Assembly: GCF_056712565.1 (NCBI RefSeq)
Contig: NZ_CM160072.1
Reading direction: 5' to 3' (one strand)
Length of the DNA stretch: 64,000 bases
Shown here: positions 20,826-34,000 of the stretch, one piece after another
How positions within the stretch are numbered: position 1 is the stretch's first letter
Layout of the letters: every line of letters begins with the position of its first letter
The notes under the pieces: model-generated
The model's input: the letters and a program-made list of their open reading frames with translations, nothing else
The model's database searches: none
Told to the model about the DNA's origin: nothing
Made by a program: the position numbers and the translations under genes

Positions 20826-21214
20826 ATTTCCTCCTGAGTTGTCCGGGGAATACTGAATCCTCCGGTCTGGCAGTGTGTGCAGTACCGCTCCCCATAATAA
20901 TCGTGGTGACATTGTCTGCAGTGCCAGCTGGCTTTACGCACCACGGGTAAGGCATCCGGTACGAATTGCTGCAGACGTTTAATCAACTGTATTTCTCTGC
21001 GCTCCGGCCTGACATAAGGGCACTGTTGACCGTGCTCTGTCAGCCTGTCGTCAGTGTGTTCAAACCAGGGAAGTTCAGTGTCGTATTGCGGATGGTATCT
21101 GAGTGCACTGCCACACAAGTGGCAGGTGTAGTGAGCATAAGGTGCGGCCTGTACAGTACGGGCGCCCGTCAGACGTCCGTTGCTATCAAGAGCGAGAAAG
21201 GATTTTGCGTACAT
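20813..21214 (-). CDS. Cys-rich zinc-ribbon protein (paralog 1 of a tandem pair)
   Basis: 133 aa, CHLCGSALRYHPQYDTELPWFEH ... CRQCHHDYYGERYCTHCQTG; stop overlaps the start of the next gene. Confidence 0.5.
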   Translation of the reverse strand: MYAKSFLALDSNGRLTGARTVQAAPYAHYTCHLCGSALRYHPQYDTELPWFEHTDDRLTEHGQQCPYVRPERREIQLIKRLQQFVPDALPVVRKASWHCRQCHHDYYGERYCTHCQTGGFSIPRTTQEEICEF

Positions 21215-21379
21215 AGTATATGTTCCTTACCGTCAGACGACACGCAGGCAACAGCCGTCCCGGTACGGGCAGCGTGGTCAGGTGTGAATGGCGGTTTCAG
21301 TTCAGTCTCATAAGGGAAAATCAGTGTGGTGGCCATGAACACGTCATCACACTGAAGTCAGATAACTCGTCTGTCTGGC

Positions 21380-21949
21380 TCAGCCACGACTGCAGCCAAA
21401 GTTGCGCTCACCGGTGCAGTGAGCTTTGGTATGCTCCTTCGCCAGATAGTCAGCACGTTCCAGCACTTGCTGAAAGCCGGTGTCATCATTACGCGCCAGC
21501 CACACCGCCGGCCAGGCCGGAAAATGCACCAGCGTGGCATGGCATCCGGCATCCACCCCCAGGGCACTGCACCAGGCCTGTTCAATCATTCCGGCCAGTG
21601 ATCCCGGAGCGCGGTAATCACCGGCACGACACCAGGTATCCCGGTTGACCAGCAGCATCAGATGATAGTGTTTTTTACCTTTGCACTCCCCAAACTCCCG
21701 GGCCCAGACGTAATGCAGAGTGGTGGGATGCACGCGTTTACCTTCCCGATGCTTACGTTTCTGGTAAGCGTCGATTCGGGCTTTCAGGGCATTGATGAAG
21801 CGGGATATCACAGCTGCGTCCGTTGCTGCCGGTACATCCGGGAAACGCAGGTCAACCCGCAATGCCGTCAGGCGGGGATGAACATTCAGTGCGTGCCGCA
21901 CTGTCTCACGAATACGTTGCTGCCAGAAGGGGTTGTATTTGTAGGTCAT
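21380..21949 (-). CDS. YagK/YfjJ-family (inovirus Gp2-like) prophage protein; alternative GTG start at 21985
   Basis: MTYKYNPFWQQRIRETV... recalled as the N-terminus of the cryptic-prophage YagK/YfjJ family; GGAG 8 nt upstream of ATG at 21949. Confidence 0.5.
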   Translation of the reverse strand: MTYKYNPFWQQRIRETVRHALNVHPRLTALRVDLRFPDVPAATDAAVISRFINALKARIDAYQKRKHREGKRVHPTTLHYVWAREFGECKGKKHYHLMLLVNRDTWCRAGDYRAPGSLAGMIEQAWCSALGVDAGCHATLVHFPAWPAVWLARNDDTGFQQVLERADYLAKEHTKAHCTGERNFGCSRG

Positions 21950-22145
21950 GGTTAAATCTCCGTATGGTTCATACGGAATAGCCACGTCGTAAAAAATGCG
22001 CAGAGTCCCTGAAGTGACCTCCGGCAGGGCACTGTCTCAGGCACTCTGTGATAACCCGAACGGTCGTCTCCGGACTGACGGTTGAATTTTCAGCGTTGTT
22101 TTTTTAATGTAAAAAACCGGTTACGGGTAAGGCTGTGAGGAGGGA

Positions 22146-22349
22146 GTGATGGTGATACGCAAAAAGAAGTGCAGGGACTGTGGAAACGCGATTACTCATA
22201 ATACAGTGTGTTGCCCGTATTGTGGTTCTGTCGACCCCTTCGGCTATTACCGGAATACAGACCGTATCGTTACCATACTGCTGGCACTGATTATTGTGGT
22301 CCTGCTGACTACTGTCAGCGTCAGTGTGTATATACTGTGTAGCTGGTGA
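22146..22349 (+). CDS. small zinc-ribbon membrane protein
   Basis: CRDCGNAITHNTVCCPYCGS followed by one hydrophobic helix (IVTILLALIIVVLLTTVSVSVYIL). Confidence 0.4.
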   Translation: MMVIRKKKCRDCGNAITHNTVCCPYCGSVDPFGYYRNTDRIVTILLALIIVVLLTTVSVSVYILCSW

Positions 22350-23528
22350 GATAACGGTTCATGTATCCCCTGAGCTGACAGTGTACCGGGTATATTAAGC
22401 GTAACCGACAGGTTCTCCTTCATACCATATTAAATTTTTCCAGGTATTGCCGCTGCCTTATTTCGTCCCATACAGGAAAACTCGTCTGGGTTTCTGACAA
22501 ATACGCGAAACTCACAGCCCCTCAATATCAACCACACGCCGTAAGCCGGTAATACCTGAAAATCAGTCTATTACCGCCCGCGCCTCCGTTACCGAACGCT
22601 CAGGTGACAAGACTGAAGCCAGCACGCACTCGTAAAATTTGCGGTCAGTTCTGCCAGCCGGTTGTCAACGGCAGAGTTAAAGGCTTCCAGCTCCGCAAGG
22701 GTAAGTTTATAACGCGTGTGGGAATTCACTTTTCCCGCGTCTCCTGACGTATTACGGGCTGCCACTTACCTGGTGTCCCGCAATACAGCCTTAGTGTTCC
22801 GTTATCGGGGATCCGGACGCACCGCAACAACCGGGGAAGTATTTCTGGTTAGAGCAGTGTCAAGAGGGATTTCTCAGCCCCTCACTCACCGGCTCAGTCT
22901 CAGGGCAGGAGCATTAATACGCTCAGTTCATGTCTTATACAGGAATGGGCATAGGGGGAGCTGGCGTGTCACTGCTGATTTTACGCATCAGCGTTCATGT
23001 ATTTGCACTCTGATACAGAATGCTTCACAGCGCTCTGTTACCGGAGAGATTTACTCTCTTAGGTTATTCTGGCAAATCCTTTACGTTACTCTCTGATGAC
23101 TTCTTATATTTATAATACCAATCAGACAACCTTATCCCATCGGTGATATCAGTCTCCTGCTCGCCAGGAACGGGCTGACTCACTGTAACCACCTCCGAAA
23201 ACAACTCTGCAATTATCAGAACGCCTGCTTCTCTCCCTGTCCTCACGAAAACTATCCCCTCTTTATCGCGCGTGCGTGCGGAAGCATCTTTTCGCACCCC
23301 CGTTACTTTATTCGTACCCCTTATAATGGGGTGTTAGCCAGCCAGACCCGGCATGATTACTGCCCCCAGTCGTCCATGATCCGGGGGGTGATGTCACCGG
23401 GTCTGGTGGGGCGCTGGTAACCGCTAATAGGGGTCAGGTCAGGCACTTTTGCCGGGACCGTCTGTAACGTGGATGCCGGTACCTGCTCCCCGTGGTTATC
23501 TGGTTAACCCATATACAAGGGAGACAGA

Positions 23529-24725
23529 ATGACCGAATCCAGCGATTACGAATCCGTCCAGGTCTTTATCGGCGTTGATGTCGGTAAAGATACGCATCAC
23601 GCTGTAGCCATTAATCGTTCAGGTAAACGCCTGTTCGATAAAGCATTACCCAACGACGAAAACAAACTCAGGTCGCTAATATCTGACCTGAAACAACATG
23701 GTCAGATACTGCTGGTTGTTGATCAGCCAGCTACCATCGGTGCGTTACCTGTCGCCGTTGCCCGCTCAGAAGGAGTCCTTGTCGGATACCTCCCTGGACT
23801 GGCCATGCGCCGCATAGCCGACTTACACGCCGGTGAAGCTAAAACTGATGCTCGTGACGCTGCCATCATTGCCGAAGCTGCCCGTACCCTGCCTCACGCG
23901 CTACGCACGCTGAAACTGGCTGACGAGCAAATCGCCGAACTCTCCATGCTCTGCGGCTTCGATGATGATCTTGCCGCACAGACAACGCAGGCCAGCAACC
24001 GTATCCGCGGCCTTCTGACCCAGATACATCCGGCACTGGAGCGCGTTCTCGGTCCGAGACTTGATCACCCGGCGGTACTCGATCTTCTCCAGCGATATCC
24101 CTCACCAGAAAAACTCGCTTCGCTGGGTGAGAAGAAGCTGGCAGCCCAGCTCTGCAAACTTGCGCCTCGTCTGGGTAAACGCCTTGCAGCAGACATAGCT
24201 CAGGCACTGGCCGAACAAACCGTCGTCGTTCCCGGCACGAATGCCGCTGCCGTAGTACTGCCACGTCTGGCACTCCAGCTCATCACGCTGCGTAAGCAAA
24301 GAGACGAGGTGGCGCTTGCGGTAGAACAGCGAGTTCTTGCTCACCCTCTTTACCCGGTCCTGACCAGTATGCCCGGAGTCGGTGTCAGGACCGCAGCCAG
24401 ACTCCTCACCGAGGTCGCCTGCCGCGCCTTCGCCTCTGTCGCACATCTCGCTGCTTATGCTGGCCTTGCGCCGGTAACTCGGCGATCCGGCTCGTCAATA
24501 CGCGGTGAGCATCCCTCGCGACGGGGTAATAAAGCTCTCAAACGGGCGTTGTTCCTGTCGGCCTTCGCCGCGCTCAGGGATCCGCTCTCCAGGGCTTACT
24601 ACACCCGCAAAATGAGTCAGGGAAAACGACACAATCAGGCGCTTATCGCCCTGGCGAGACGACGCTGCGACGTTCTGTTCGCCATGATGCGCGACGGGAC
24701 TTTTTATACCCCGCAGGCGTCATAA
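23529..24725 (+). CDS. IS110-family transposase/recombinase (second, unrelated copy)
   Basis: 398 aa, N-terminal VFIGVDVGKDTHHAVAI and C-terminal PGVGVRTAARLL motif typical of the IS110 family. Confidence 0.8.
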   Translation: MTESSDYESVQVFIGVDVGKDTHHAVAINRSGKRLFDKALPNDENKLRSLISDLKQHGQILLVVDQPATIGALPVAVARSEGVLVGYLPGLAMRRIADLHAGEAKTDARDAAIIAEAARTLPHALRTLKLADEQIAELSMLCGFDDDLAAQTTQASNRIRGLLTQIHPALERVLGPRLDHPAVLDLLQRYPSPEKLASLGEKKLAAQLCKLAPRLGKRLAADIAQALAEQTVVVPGTNAAAVVLPRLALQLITLRKQRDEVALAVEQRVLAHPLYPVLTSMPGVGVRTAARLLTEVACRAFASVAHLAAYAGLAPVTRRSGSSIRGEHPSRRGNKALKRALFLSAFAALRDPLSRAYYTRKMSQGKRHNQALIALARRRCDVLFAMMRDGTFYTPQAS

Positions 24726-24920
24726 CATGCTTGACAACTTAATAGGGGCACCCCCCGGGATTCCGCTACGGCTCTGCCATCGCAATCCCCCCGTTTATCT
24801 CCGGACAGCCAGATTCCCGATTATTTTTTACGTTTCTCCCCGGTTGTTATGCCGGTGAAGGTGGCGCGCTGTTTTCATGACCACACCGGCTGGTTTAACA
24901 ACATCCGGAGGAACATTCTC

Positions 24921-25127
24921 ATGGCTACCCCAGTTTCGCTGATGGATGACCAGATGGTCGACATGGCGTTTATCACTCAACTGACCGGCTTAACCGATAA
25001 GTGGTTTTACAAACTCATCAAAGTTGGGGGCTTTCCTGCCCCCATCAAAATGGGGCGCAGCTCCCGCTGGCTGAAAAGTGAAGTGGAAGCCTGGCTGCAG
25101 GCGCGTATTGCACAGTCCCGTCCGTAA
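24921..25127 (+). CDS. AlpA-family prophage transcriptional regulator
   Basis: Short HTH protein ...AFITQLTGLTDKWFYKLIKVGGFPAPIKMGRSSRWLKSEVEAWL typical of AlpA. Confidence 0.65.
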   Translation: MATPVSLMDDQMVDMAFITQLTGLTDKWFYKLIKVGGFPAPIKMGRSSRWLKSEVEAWLQARIAQSRP

Positions 25128-25205
25128 TTTTTAACCACTAACCCTTCGCCCAAAGCAGACGCAATCTCCGGCCTGCCGGCGGCGCTCTGCTGCCTGTTAT
25201 CCCCC

Positions 25206-25823
25206 GTGAGGAATATGAAAATGAAACAACAGTATCAGACCCGTTACGAGCTGCTCCATGAAAACTACCAGAAATGGCTGACCGGCTTCACCCGGCACGC
25301 CGTATCATGGGGCGTGTGTCATCCGAATATCTACTATTTCCATAATCTGACGCCCGGGTGGGTGTCATTCAATGGCGAAAAACCGGAGATTGCCATCGTT
25401 CCCCAGAGTCTGCACCGGCTGATTTATGGTCCGGACAAACGGAGCTCCCCGTCCCTGGATGATGATCTGGTGGTGAATTTATGCACCAGCGAACACCTGC
25501 TGATTCATCATCCGATGCTGGAAGGGATCCTGCTGTCTGAATGTGAGCGCCTGAAGCAACATTCTCTGGCAAACAAACTGATCAGCCTCTTCCGTCAGTT
25601 TGGCGGCACGGAGTTACGTCTCAAACTGGTCTGGCTCTGCTGGCTTGACTTAATGACCGGAAACAGCCTTGACGACTGGACGAAAAACCTGAAACACAAA
25701 TCAGAAAAAGATCTGGAGCAATGGATCATTGCACGTCAGGGTCAGAGTGAACCACTGACAAATCTGATGGATCAGTACGTGCTTATGGCATACCGTACAT
25801 CGGTTGATGCCGCTCACAGTTGA
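25206..25823 (+). CDS. hypothetical protein
   Basis: 205-aa ORF next to the alpA-like gene; no recognisable motif. Confidence 0.35.
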   Translation: MRNMKMKQQYQTRYELLHENYQKWLTGFTRHAVSWGVCHPNIYYFHNLTPGWVSFNGEKPEIAIVPQSLHRLIYGPDKRSSPSLDDDLVVNLCTSEHLLIHHPMLEGILLSECERLKQHSLANKLISLFRQFGGTELRLKLVWLCWLDLMTGNSLDDWTKNLKHKSEKDLEQWIIARQGQSEPLTNLMDQYVLMAYRTSVDAAHS

Positions 25824-26782
25824 TGTCTGATAACCACAGGGCTGGCAGCAGAAAACCAGCCCTGTGGTAAAATACAGTAATAGCGGCGTACATCAGGCAC
25901 GCCGCTCACTCGTCCACAGATCATATACGTCATTATACTGCGCGATAACGGAGGGCTTCAGCACCCGGTCATTTCTGAGCGGGTATGAATACCATTGATG
26001 ATGCGAAGCAGCCACGGGCAGAAACGTTCTTCACAACCAGGTGCCTCCATCTTCACTGCAGGCTGAATGTGCCGGCTTGTTATCCACCAGAAATGGTATG
26101 CTCCGGTACATGCATACCCCGGAGACTATAAACGCACTGAATCATAGCCTCCCACCTCAGCAGGAGGCAGTCAGCTTTCAGGCGGAAAAACGTTGCAGTT
26201 AAAGATCGTGAGAATCGCTGTTTCGTTGCATAGCAACCCGAACAGTTGTAGTTGAAACATTTTACCTGCATCAGCACATGGTCAGGCGCCGTCTGTATGG
26301 CGTGGAATACTGATGTTTCGGCTGATGGCAAGCCTCATTCTCTGTGGAAACAGGGGCGCGCATTAGCTTCTCAACCAGAGAGTGTCACAAAGACAAATAT
26401 TGCTGAAAATCGCATTCATCGTTCAGGCGTGAATGCCCGGAGACAAAAGCCGCTGTCCGCACAGCCCCCCTCTGATCTGAACAAAAAGCATACACACAAC
26501 AGGCTCACCTGACCCCGAAAAACCATAACTTCAGCAATACCAGTGACACCAGCACGTTACCTCAGTGCCACATCTTCAGACCGCGATCAATCTGAAATGT
26601 GACTATCGGGGCAATATCCCAGTTTTGTGGTACACGATAACCAGAAAACATCCCCTGAACCGCCAGCCAGAAAGACCGGCCACAAAAGGGTTAAGCTGAA
26701 ATCGTTTATGGATTACATCGACATATGCCTGGCAGAGAATGTCCGGAATGACGAGGTTATCTTTGCGGAGATTAAGGCAATG

Positions 26783-28922
<2,140 letters not shown>

Positions 28923-30146
28923 TCAACCACGCTGAATATCAAAGGAGAGCGTTACCGGTTAAAAGAGAAACGTAAAGCTGTGGTGATGACCCAAAACGCA
29001 ACGCCTGTCAGTGAGGATGAAATGGTGAAAAGCGGACAGCACCAGTAACGGAAGTATCTTAGCGGGTACGAAAATGGCAGGATCGTGACATTGACAGAAT
29101 ATCTCCTGATCATCCTGAATGACTGCAGTTGCTGTGGAAAAGTAAGCTGTCTCCACCCACGGCACGACTTAACAGGCATTCCGTAACTCCCCCAGACTTA
29201 CTATGACGCATTATCGGTGCACTTAAAACCGCAGACCGCATTGCGGGTGTTACTGCATGACAGTCTGACCGTATTGTGAGATGTCGGCAGGAACCGATGT
29301 CCGCGCAGGGGGGAACTTCCTGCAGTACCTGACGCTTCAAATAGTATTAACCGTAGGGCGTTGTTGGTTCCGGATCGCGGAAATGGGAGCACAGGTCTGC
29401 TACGGGGTGTACCTCTGACAGTAAATCCGGCTCGCTCATCTGACAGCCTCTCTCCCGGAAAAGACCAAAAATGAGATCGTCTCCTCAACAGCAGAGAAGA
29501 GGTCTTGACAGACAGGCTACATTGCATACGATTTATGAAGAAAAAGACAGCAAATATGGAGGTTATAGCGGAGAACACCCTACGAAATTCCTATGAAAAA
29601 CGATTGAAAAAAATATCAAATTCGATTCGTTTTTATATGCTTTTTGGGAACGTGGCGATGACGAACTGTTGCATGTGCAGAGGAGAATGCACCCGGAAGC
29701 ACCAGAATCATCCAGAAAGGCAGAACGATTACGCATCAAACCAGGAGACAGCAATATCAAGGTAATACACTGATTTAAAATGAATTTACAGCAATACGTG
29801 AAAACATTTTTTACTTAAAGGAGACAGATGCGCTGAAGAGAGTGCAGGTATTTTTATATAAAAATGAGAAGATTACGGGATATATATCCGGCACACTATG
29901 ACCGGAGAATACCAGTCAGGCTTAAAAAGACAATAAATACAGTGAGTTAAATACACAGAGAAAACGAAAACGTAGTATCAGAGGGTACATCTTACAACAG
30001 AGACTGAATTTCCGGTTTTTCATAACCGGCCATTCCGGAAAGTGCAGGCGGCCCGGAGCTCTTCTGACGCCAGTACCTGCCAGATTGTTCTGTACATTCT
30101 GTACATCATGTACGGAGGTTTTTGTTTGCTTTCTTAAAATCTGCAA

Positions 30147-31318
30147 ATGTGGGAAGAGCAGGTGAGGTGTATTGTGGGAAAGGAACTGGATGATATCTGC
30201 ACCAGCTGTCCGTATATCGATGCTATAAAACGGCACAAACAACAGCTCGGTGCCATAGAGGAATATACACAGTGGTTAAAAAAAGAACCACGGGCATCTT
30301 ATTTTTTTCTGTTCCGGCTGTATACCCGCATTCACAATACATTTTTCCCCAAAAAGCAACAACTCCCGTTCACTCCCGGTGGCACTCACTGCCCGGAACC
30401 TGATGTCACCCTTCGGGACTTAACGCTTTCCCCGGGCTACCACAGTGATTATGCCCCTCAACCCATTCCGGAGATGGACAGTTCTGCTGTTGTTCCCCCA
30501 ACTAATGAAAACACCTCGCCTCCGGAAGATACTCCCGACAACACTCCGGCCGGAGGCAATACCGGACAAGCGGAAAAGACCAGAAACTCAGGACTCACAC
30601 CCATTCCTGAAAAACGTTCAGGAATGCCCCCGGAACATCTGCGGTTTGCCACAGGGTTTCCACCGCAACCGAAGATTGCCGGTCCCAAAGGAAAGCCGAT
30701 GCGCACCGTGCATCCGGATAAAATCTACCGTGAAATTATATGGTTCTGCTCCGGTTACCTGCGGAAATCCGGACCAGAGGCTACGAGGACGATCATCAAC
30801 TCAATATTCTGTGAATGGGCCAGCATCTTCAATGATTACTCCTCCCCCTTTTCGTGGGTGGACAGCAGGGACAGTGAACAGTGTGACTGGTTATGGAACG
30901 CCATGCAGGTCCGGTGTGTGGGAACCCCGCTGAATCCCCTTACCCGGAGCAGAAATACTGGTTCGCCTGCGCCACGTTTGATAACTGGGAAGGCTGGAAT
31001 GAGCAACAGGTACAGTTTTTACTGGAAAGTAATCCCAGACGGAACAGAGCGAAGTTTACGCAGGCCTCCTTCCAGGCCCCCAGGATTCAGCATAAAGCGA
31101 TTCTTCTTGATGAGCTGAAAAGTGCCCGGGAGCAACAAAAAAGGCGTGATGAACGTGCTGATGGTTCCGTCCCGCTGAAACTGTCCGGAAAAATCCACAA
31201 ACAGCTTGAAAGTATTGCCCGAAGTCGTGGTGTCCTCCCAAAAAAACTGCTGAATGAAATGATTGAGCAGGCGTACCAGGACTTTGTGGCAAATGAGCAA
31301 CACAAGACACTGAGTTAA
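30147..31318 (+). pseudogene. hypothetical protein, apparently frameshifted (ORFs 30147..31118 and 30893..31318 overlap)
   Basis: Two overlapping ORFs in different frames; Pro/Thr-rich low-complexity stretch (NTSPPEDTPDNTPAGGNTGQ); basic C-terminal tail. Confidence 0.35.
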
Positions 31319-32159
31319 GGACCGCAGGGCCTCCGGTTACCGATTCTGCAGCATACACAACGAATGTGTCCGGCTCTTACCTGTGGGGGCCGCACTAAAG
31401 TTACGCATTGAGTATGAGTGGGTAATCCCGGATGAGAATATCCCGGTTTTTACACTATTCACTGAAGGTGCGACATATCATTCAGTCTCTCTGAATTCTT
31501 CATTTCAGTGGCCCCGGCTACAGTCGTTTAATCTCCTCCACGAACCGGGGCCGCAACTTGTTGTGTCAATACCAAATTGTTGGTCATTACTGTCTTGTGT
31601 CACTGGCGCTGACAAGTGAACTGAAATCCGCACCTTAATATTCTGACTGGCTGCGTACATTCATGGCATGAAGCGGCCGGAGCGGCTGAACTGAAGGTCC
31701 GTTGTGAGCGAACAGCGGACATTCACTACACATGGTTCAAACATGAACCGGAGCTTTATTGTCTAGCTGTCAGTGTACTGCGATTTACCCGCTCGGCTGT
31801 CCAGAAAATCGGTCTGAAATCCAGTCATTAAAGGGCCTTAGCCTGACATTAAGCAACTTGGTAGGCGGATAGATAATAGAAATAGGAATGCGCAGGTCTG
31901 TCATGTTGCCTAGAACGGTGACAAGCTGTCCGGTGCGAAATCATTCCGGCAGCGACAGGCTCATGTGTCAGCCCGACGCCCAGACCGTCAACGAGCATGT
32001 GGATCTGCGAGGCGTTATCGTTCGCAGCGATGTTAAAACGAACAATCTGCTCATCTTCTAGAAGCACAAGTGCTTTAATGACATTAAGGCGGTCTATATG
32101 TTGCATTACAGACTTCCTATTGATCTTTACCTGAGGCTGAAGCAACCACGTTAATCCGA

Positions 32160-32927
32160 CTATTTTTCGATTGCACCATCCACTATCACCATCGATCTTC
32201 CCTGAGCACAACGTTCAACTCTCCCGCGTACGCCGTATACCTGCGCAAGGCTCTCTGCATGGATCACCGTTTGCGGGTCGCCGCTGTCGATAAGTTTCCC
32301 CTCTTTCAGCATGATGACCTGGGCGGCATGCCGCAGTGCGATATTGATATCGTGTAAGACGACCAGCGTAACCATATTGCGTCTTCGCGTTTCGCGCGAT
32401 ACAACATCCATCACATGGAACTGATAATTGAGATCCAGCGCGCTCAGTGGTTCATCCAGCAATAATAATGCGGGGCGGCGAATAAGCGACTGTGCAAGCC
32501 CCACCAGCTGCTTCTGACCGCCGGACAGGCTATCGAGGTAGTTCATTGCCAGATGTGCGATGCCTAGCTCTTCGAGCAGCGCTATAGCCTGCGCCTGATT
32601 TTGCCCGGCGCCGGAGGCGCGCTGGGCGACAACCACCGACTCCAGCACCTGTAAATGCACGCCCTGCGGCAGGGACTGCGGCAGGAACACAACTTTTTCA
32701 GCCCGACGAGCAAACGGCAGCGATAAGAGATTCTCTTCATTCAGCCAGGCTTCGCCACTGGCGCGATTTAGCCCGGCCAGGGCGCGCAGTAGCGTTGATT
32801 TACCGCAGCCATTAGGCCCCAGCAGTACAGTGACTTCGCCGCGCGGCAGCGTAGAAATCGACAGATGCTCAATAATCCGCCGTTTGCCGTAACCGGCGCA
32901 CAGCGCATTAATCGTAAGCCCGCTCAT
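32160..32927 (-). CDS. ABC transporter ATP-binding protein (iron-siderophore/hemin FecE/HmuV-like)
   Basis: Walker A GPNGCGKST, signature LSGGQKQ, Walker B LLLLDEP. Confidence 0.85.
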   Translation of the reverse strand: MSGLTINALCAGYGKRRIIEHLSISTLPRGEVTVLLGPNGCGKSTLLRALAGLNRASGEAWLNEENLLSLPFARRAEKVVFLPQSLPQGVHLQVLESVVVAQRASGAGQNQAQAIALLEELGIAHLAMNYLDSLSGGQKQLVGLAQSLIRRPALLLLDEPLSALDLNYQFHVMDVVSRETRRRNMVTLVVLHDINIALRHAAQVIMLKEGKLIDSGDPQTVIHAESLAQVYGVRGRVERCAQGRSMVIVDGAIEK

Positions 32928-33982
32928 GACATACTCCCTCGATGACGCATTACAATGCTCAGAAAGAACGGAACGCCTACCAGCGAGGTAACAATTCCTA
33001 CCGGTAAAATGACACCGGGAATGATGTTCTTCGACGCTACCGAGGCCAGCGATAGCACCAGCCCACCGATAAGGATGCTTCCGGGCAAATAAAAGCGATG
33101 ATCTTCTCCCAGCAACAGGCGAGAAATATGCGGTGCAACCAGGCCAATAAAGCCAATTGGCCCCACAAACGCAACCGAAAGGGCCGCCAGCAGGCTGATG
33201 CGCAGCAGGGAACCCAGGCGCAAACGGCGAACATCAATGCCAAAACTCATCGCCCGCTCTTCGCCGAGGCGTAGCGCGGTAAGCTGCCAGGCACGACGCA
33301 GCGACCAGGGTAAAACAATCGCCATCGCCGCCGCCAGCACCGCCAGTTTCTCCCATGATGCGCGAGCCAGGCTGCCCATCGTCCAGAACACCAGGCCCTG
33401 CAAAGTATCTTCATCGGCGACAAACTGCATAATGGACACCAGCGCATTGAAGGTAAACACCAGCGCAATCCCAAACAGCACAACGCCCGACGTCGGCACG
33501 CGCGTCCAGCGGGTCAGACTATCGAGCAGCAGGGCGGACAGGAGCGCAAAAAGAAAAGCGTTTGCCGGTATAAACCCGCTTTCGGGAACGCCGGGAATAC
33601 CGATGCCCAGAACAATCGCCAGCGCTGCGCCAAAGGCCGCCGCCGACGAAACGCCAAGCGTAAACGGGCTGGCGAGGGAGTTATTCAGAATAGTTTGCAT
33701 CTCTGCCCCGGCCAAACCCAGCGCCATTCCTACCAGGAGCGCCATCAGCGCATAGGGCAAACGGATGTCCCAAACGATAACCCGCATGCCGTTAGTCGCC
33801 CCGGACGGATGCATCAAAGTCTTTATCAGCGAATGTAAAGGGAGCCCTGAGGGGCCGAGGGTGAAATCGAGCAGCAGCGAAGCAATGATAGCGATAAAAA
33901 TAACCGCCAGTATTACCAGACGCTGGCGAAAAAGCTGGCGATAGCGGTTCTCGACCGACAGCGTACTTTCCAATACAGTCAT
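32924..33982 (-). CDS. ABC transporter permease, FecCD family
   Basis: 352 aa polytopic membrane protein; 4-nt overlap with the ATPase gene. Confidence 0.8.
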   Translation of the reverse strand: MTVLESTLSVENRYRQLFRQRLVILAVIFIAIIASLLLDFTLGPSGLPLHSLIKTLMHPSGATNGMRVIVWDIRLPYALMALLVGMALGLAGAEMQTILNNSLASPFTLGVSSAAAFGAALAIVLGIGIPGVPESGFIPANAFLFALLSALLLDSLTRWTRVPTSGVVLFGIALVFTFNALVSIMQFVADEDTLQGLVFWTMGSLARASWEKLAVLAAAMAIVLPWSLRRAWQLTALRLGEERAMSFGIDVRRLRLGSLLRISLLAALSVAFVGPIGFIGLVAPHISRLLLGEDHRFYLPGSILIGGLVLSLASVASKNIIPGVILPVGIVTSLVGVPFFLSIVMRHRGSMS

Positions 33983-34000
33983 GGTTTTTCACAGCCTCCG

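Noticed and set aside
22716-23297. ORFs 22716..23096 (+) and 23064..23297 (-) in the ~1.1-kb gap between the small zinc-ribbon gene and the second IS110
   Set aside because: No RBS, no recognisable motifs and atypical composition; the gap is more likely degraded or non-coding element-end DNA.
31849-32211. 120-aa ORF overlapping the 3' end of the ABC ATPase gene, with weak resemblance to a LysR-type substrate-binding domain
   Set aside because: No N-terminal HTH domain is possible because the upstream space is the ATPase gene, and the similarity is too weak to call; at most an uninterpretable remnant.
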